Shown here piece after piece: positions 63,888 to 64,000 of a stretch of DNA of 64,000 nucleotides. Made by a program: the position numbers and the translations under genes. The stretch covers positions 160,001 through 224,000 of the IMG/VR virus record IMGVR_UViG_3300045988_174371. One strand, given 5' to 3'. The DNA comes from a virus. Numbering within the stretch: the stretch's first letter is position 1; each line of letters begins with the position of its first letter. The notes beneath the pieces were generated by a model. That model saw only the letters and a program-made list of their open reading frames with translations, was not told where the DNA came from and ran no database searches.

Positions 63888-64000
63888 CTACGAGGTCTTG
63901 CTAGAAGAAAATACTCCCTCAATTATCGCATAAACCAGCTTGGAAAGCACACTAATCAGCAAGAAGACAGGAATGAGGACACCAGAAACCAACGAAGTCA
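63888..64000 (-). CDS. 3' end of a hydrophobic protein gene (partial, runs off right edge)
   Basis: Open frame ...TSLVSGVLIPVFLLISVLSKLVYAIIEGVFSSSKTS* ending at 63888. Confidence 0.3.
   Translation of the reverse strand, partial: TSLVSGVLIPVFLLISVLSKLVYAIIEGVFSSSKTS

Overview
The window is dominated by one long leftward-transcribed gene array (about 430-51950, minus strand). It looks like the backbone of a large actinobacterial-type conjugative plasmid or ICE. It carries a Gram-positive-style type IV secretion set: a VirD4-like coupling protein, a VirB4-like ATPase encoded as two halves 41 kb apart, VirB3/PrgI-like and VirB8/TcpC-like membrane proteins, three paralogous >1100-aa polytopic VirB6/TrbL-like proteins, M23 and lysozyme/NlpC-type wall hydrolases, and a secreted DUF1524-type nuclease. 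Interleaved with these is a private replication/recombination set: DnaB, DnaG, SSB, a RecG-like helicase, a RusA-like resolvase, an orphan SbcC/Rad50-like ATPase, clamp-like and degenerate AAA+ proteins, NrdH and an FtsK-like translocase. There are also type IV pilus-like parts: a PilT-like ATPase, a TadZ/ParA-like ATPase and an A24 prepilin-peptidase-like protein. At 56.1-59.3 kb lies a G/T-rich iteron-like/AT-rich region and a rightward Rep-like ORF. The right end carries rpf, NAD-dependent ligA and hypothetical genes. I saw no rRNA, tRNA, CRISPR array, integrase or recognisable relaxase. The most striking non-genic signals are two. First, strand composition and synonymous codon choice flip abruptly inside the Rep-like ORF near 58.0-58.15 kb. 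Second, a hairpin + TCTGCTATA (extended -10-like) cassette recurs between genes. All functional calls come from motif recognition by eye; no searches or computations beyond hand counts were run.
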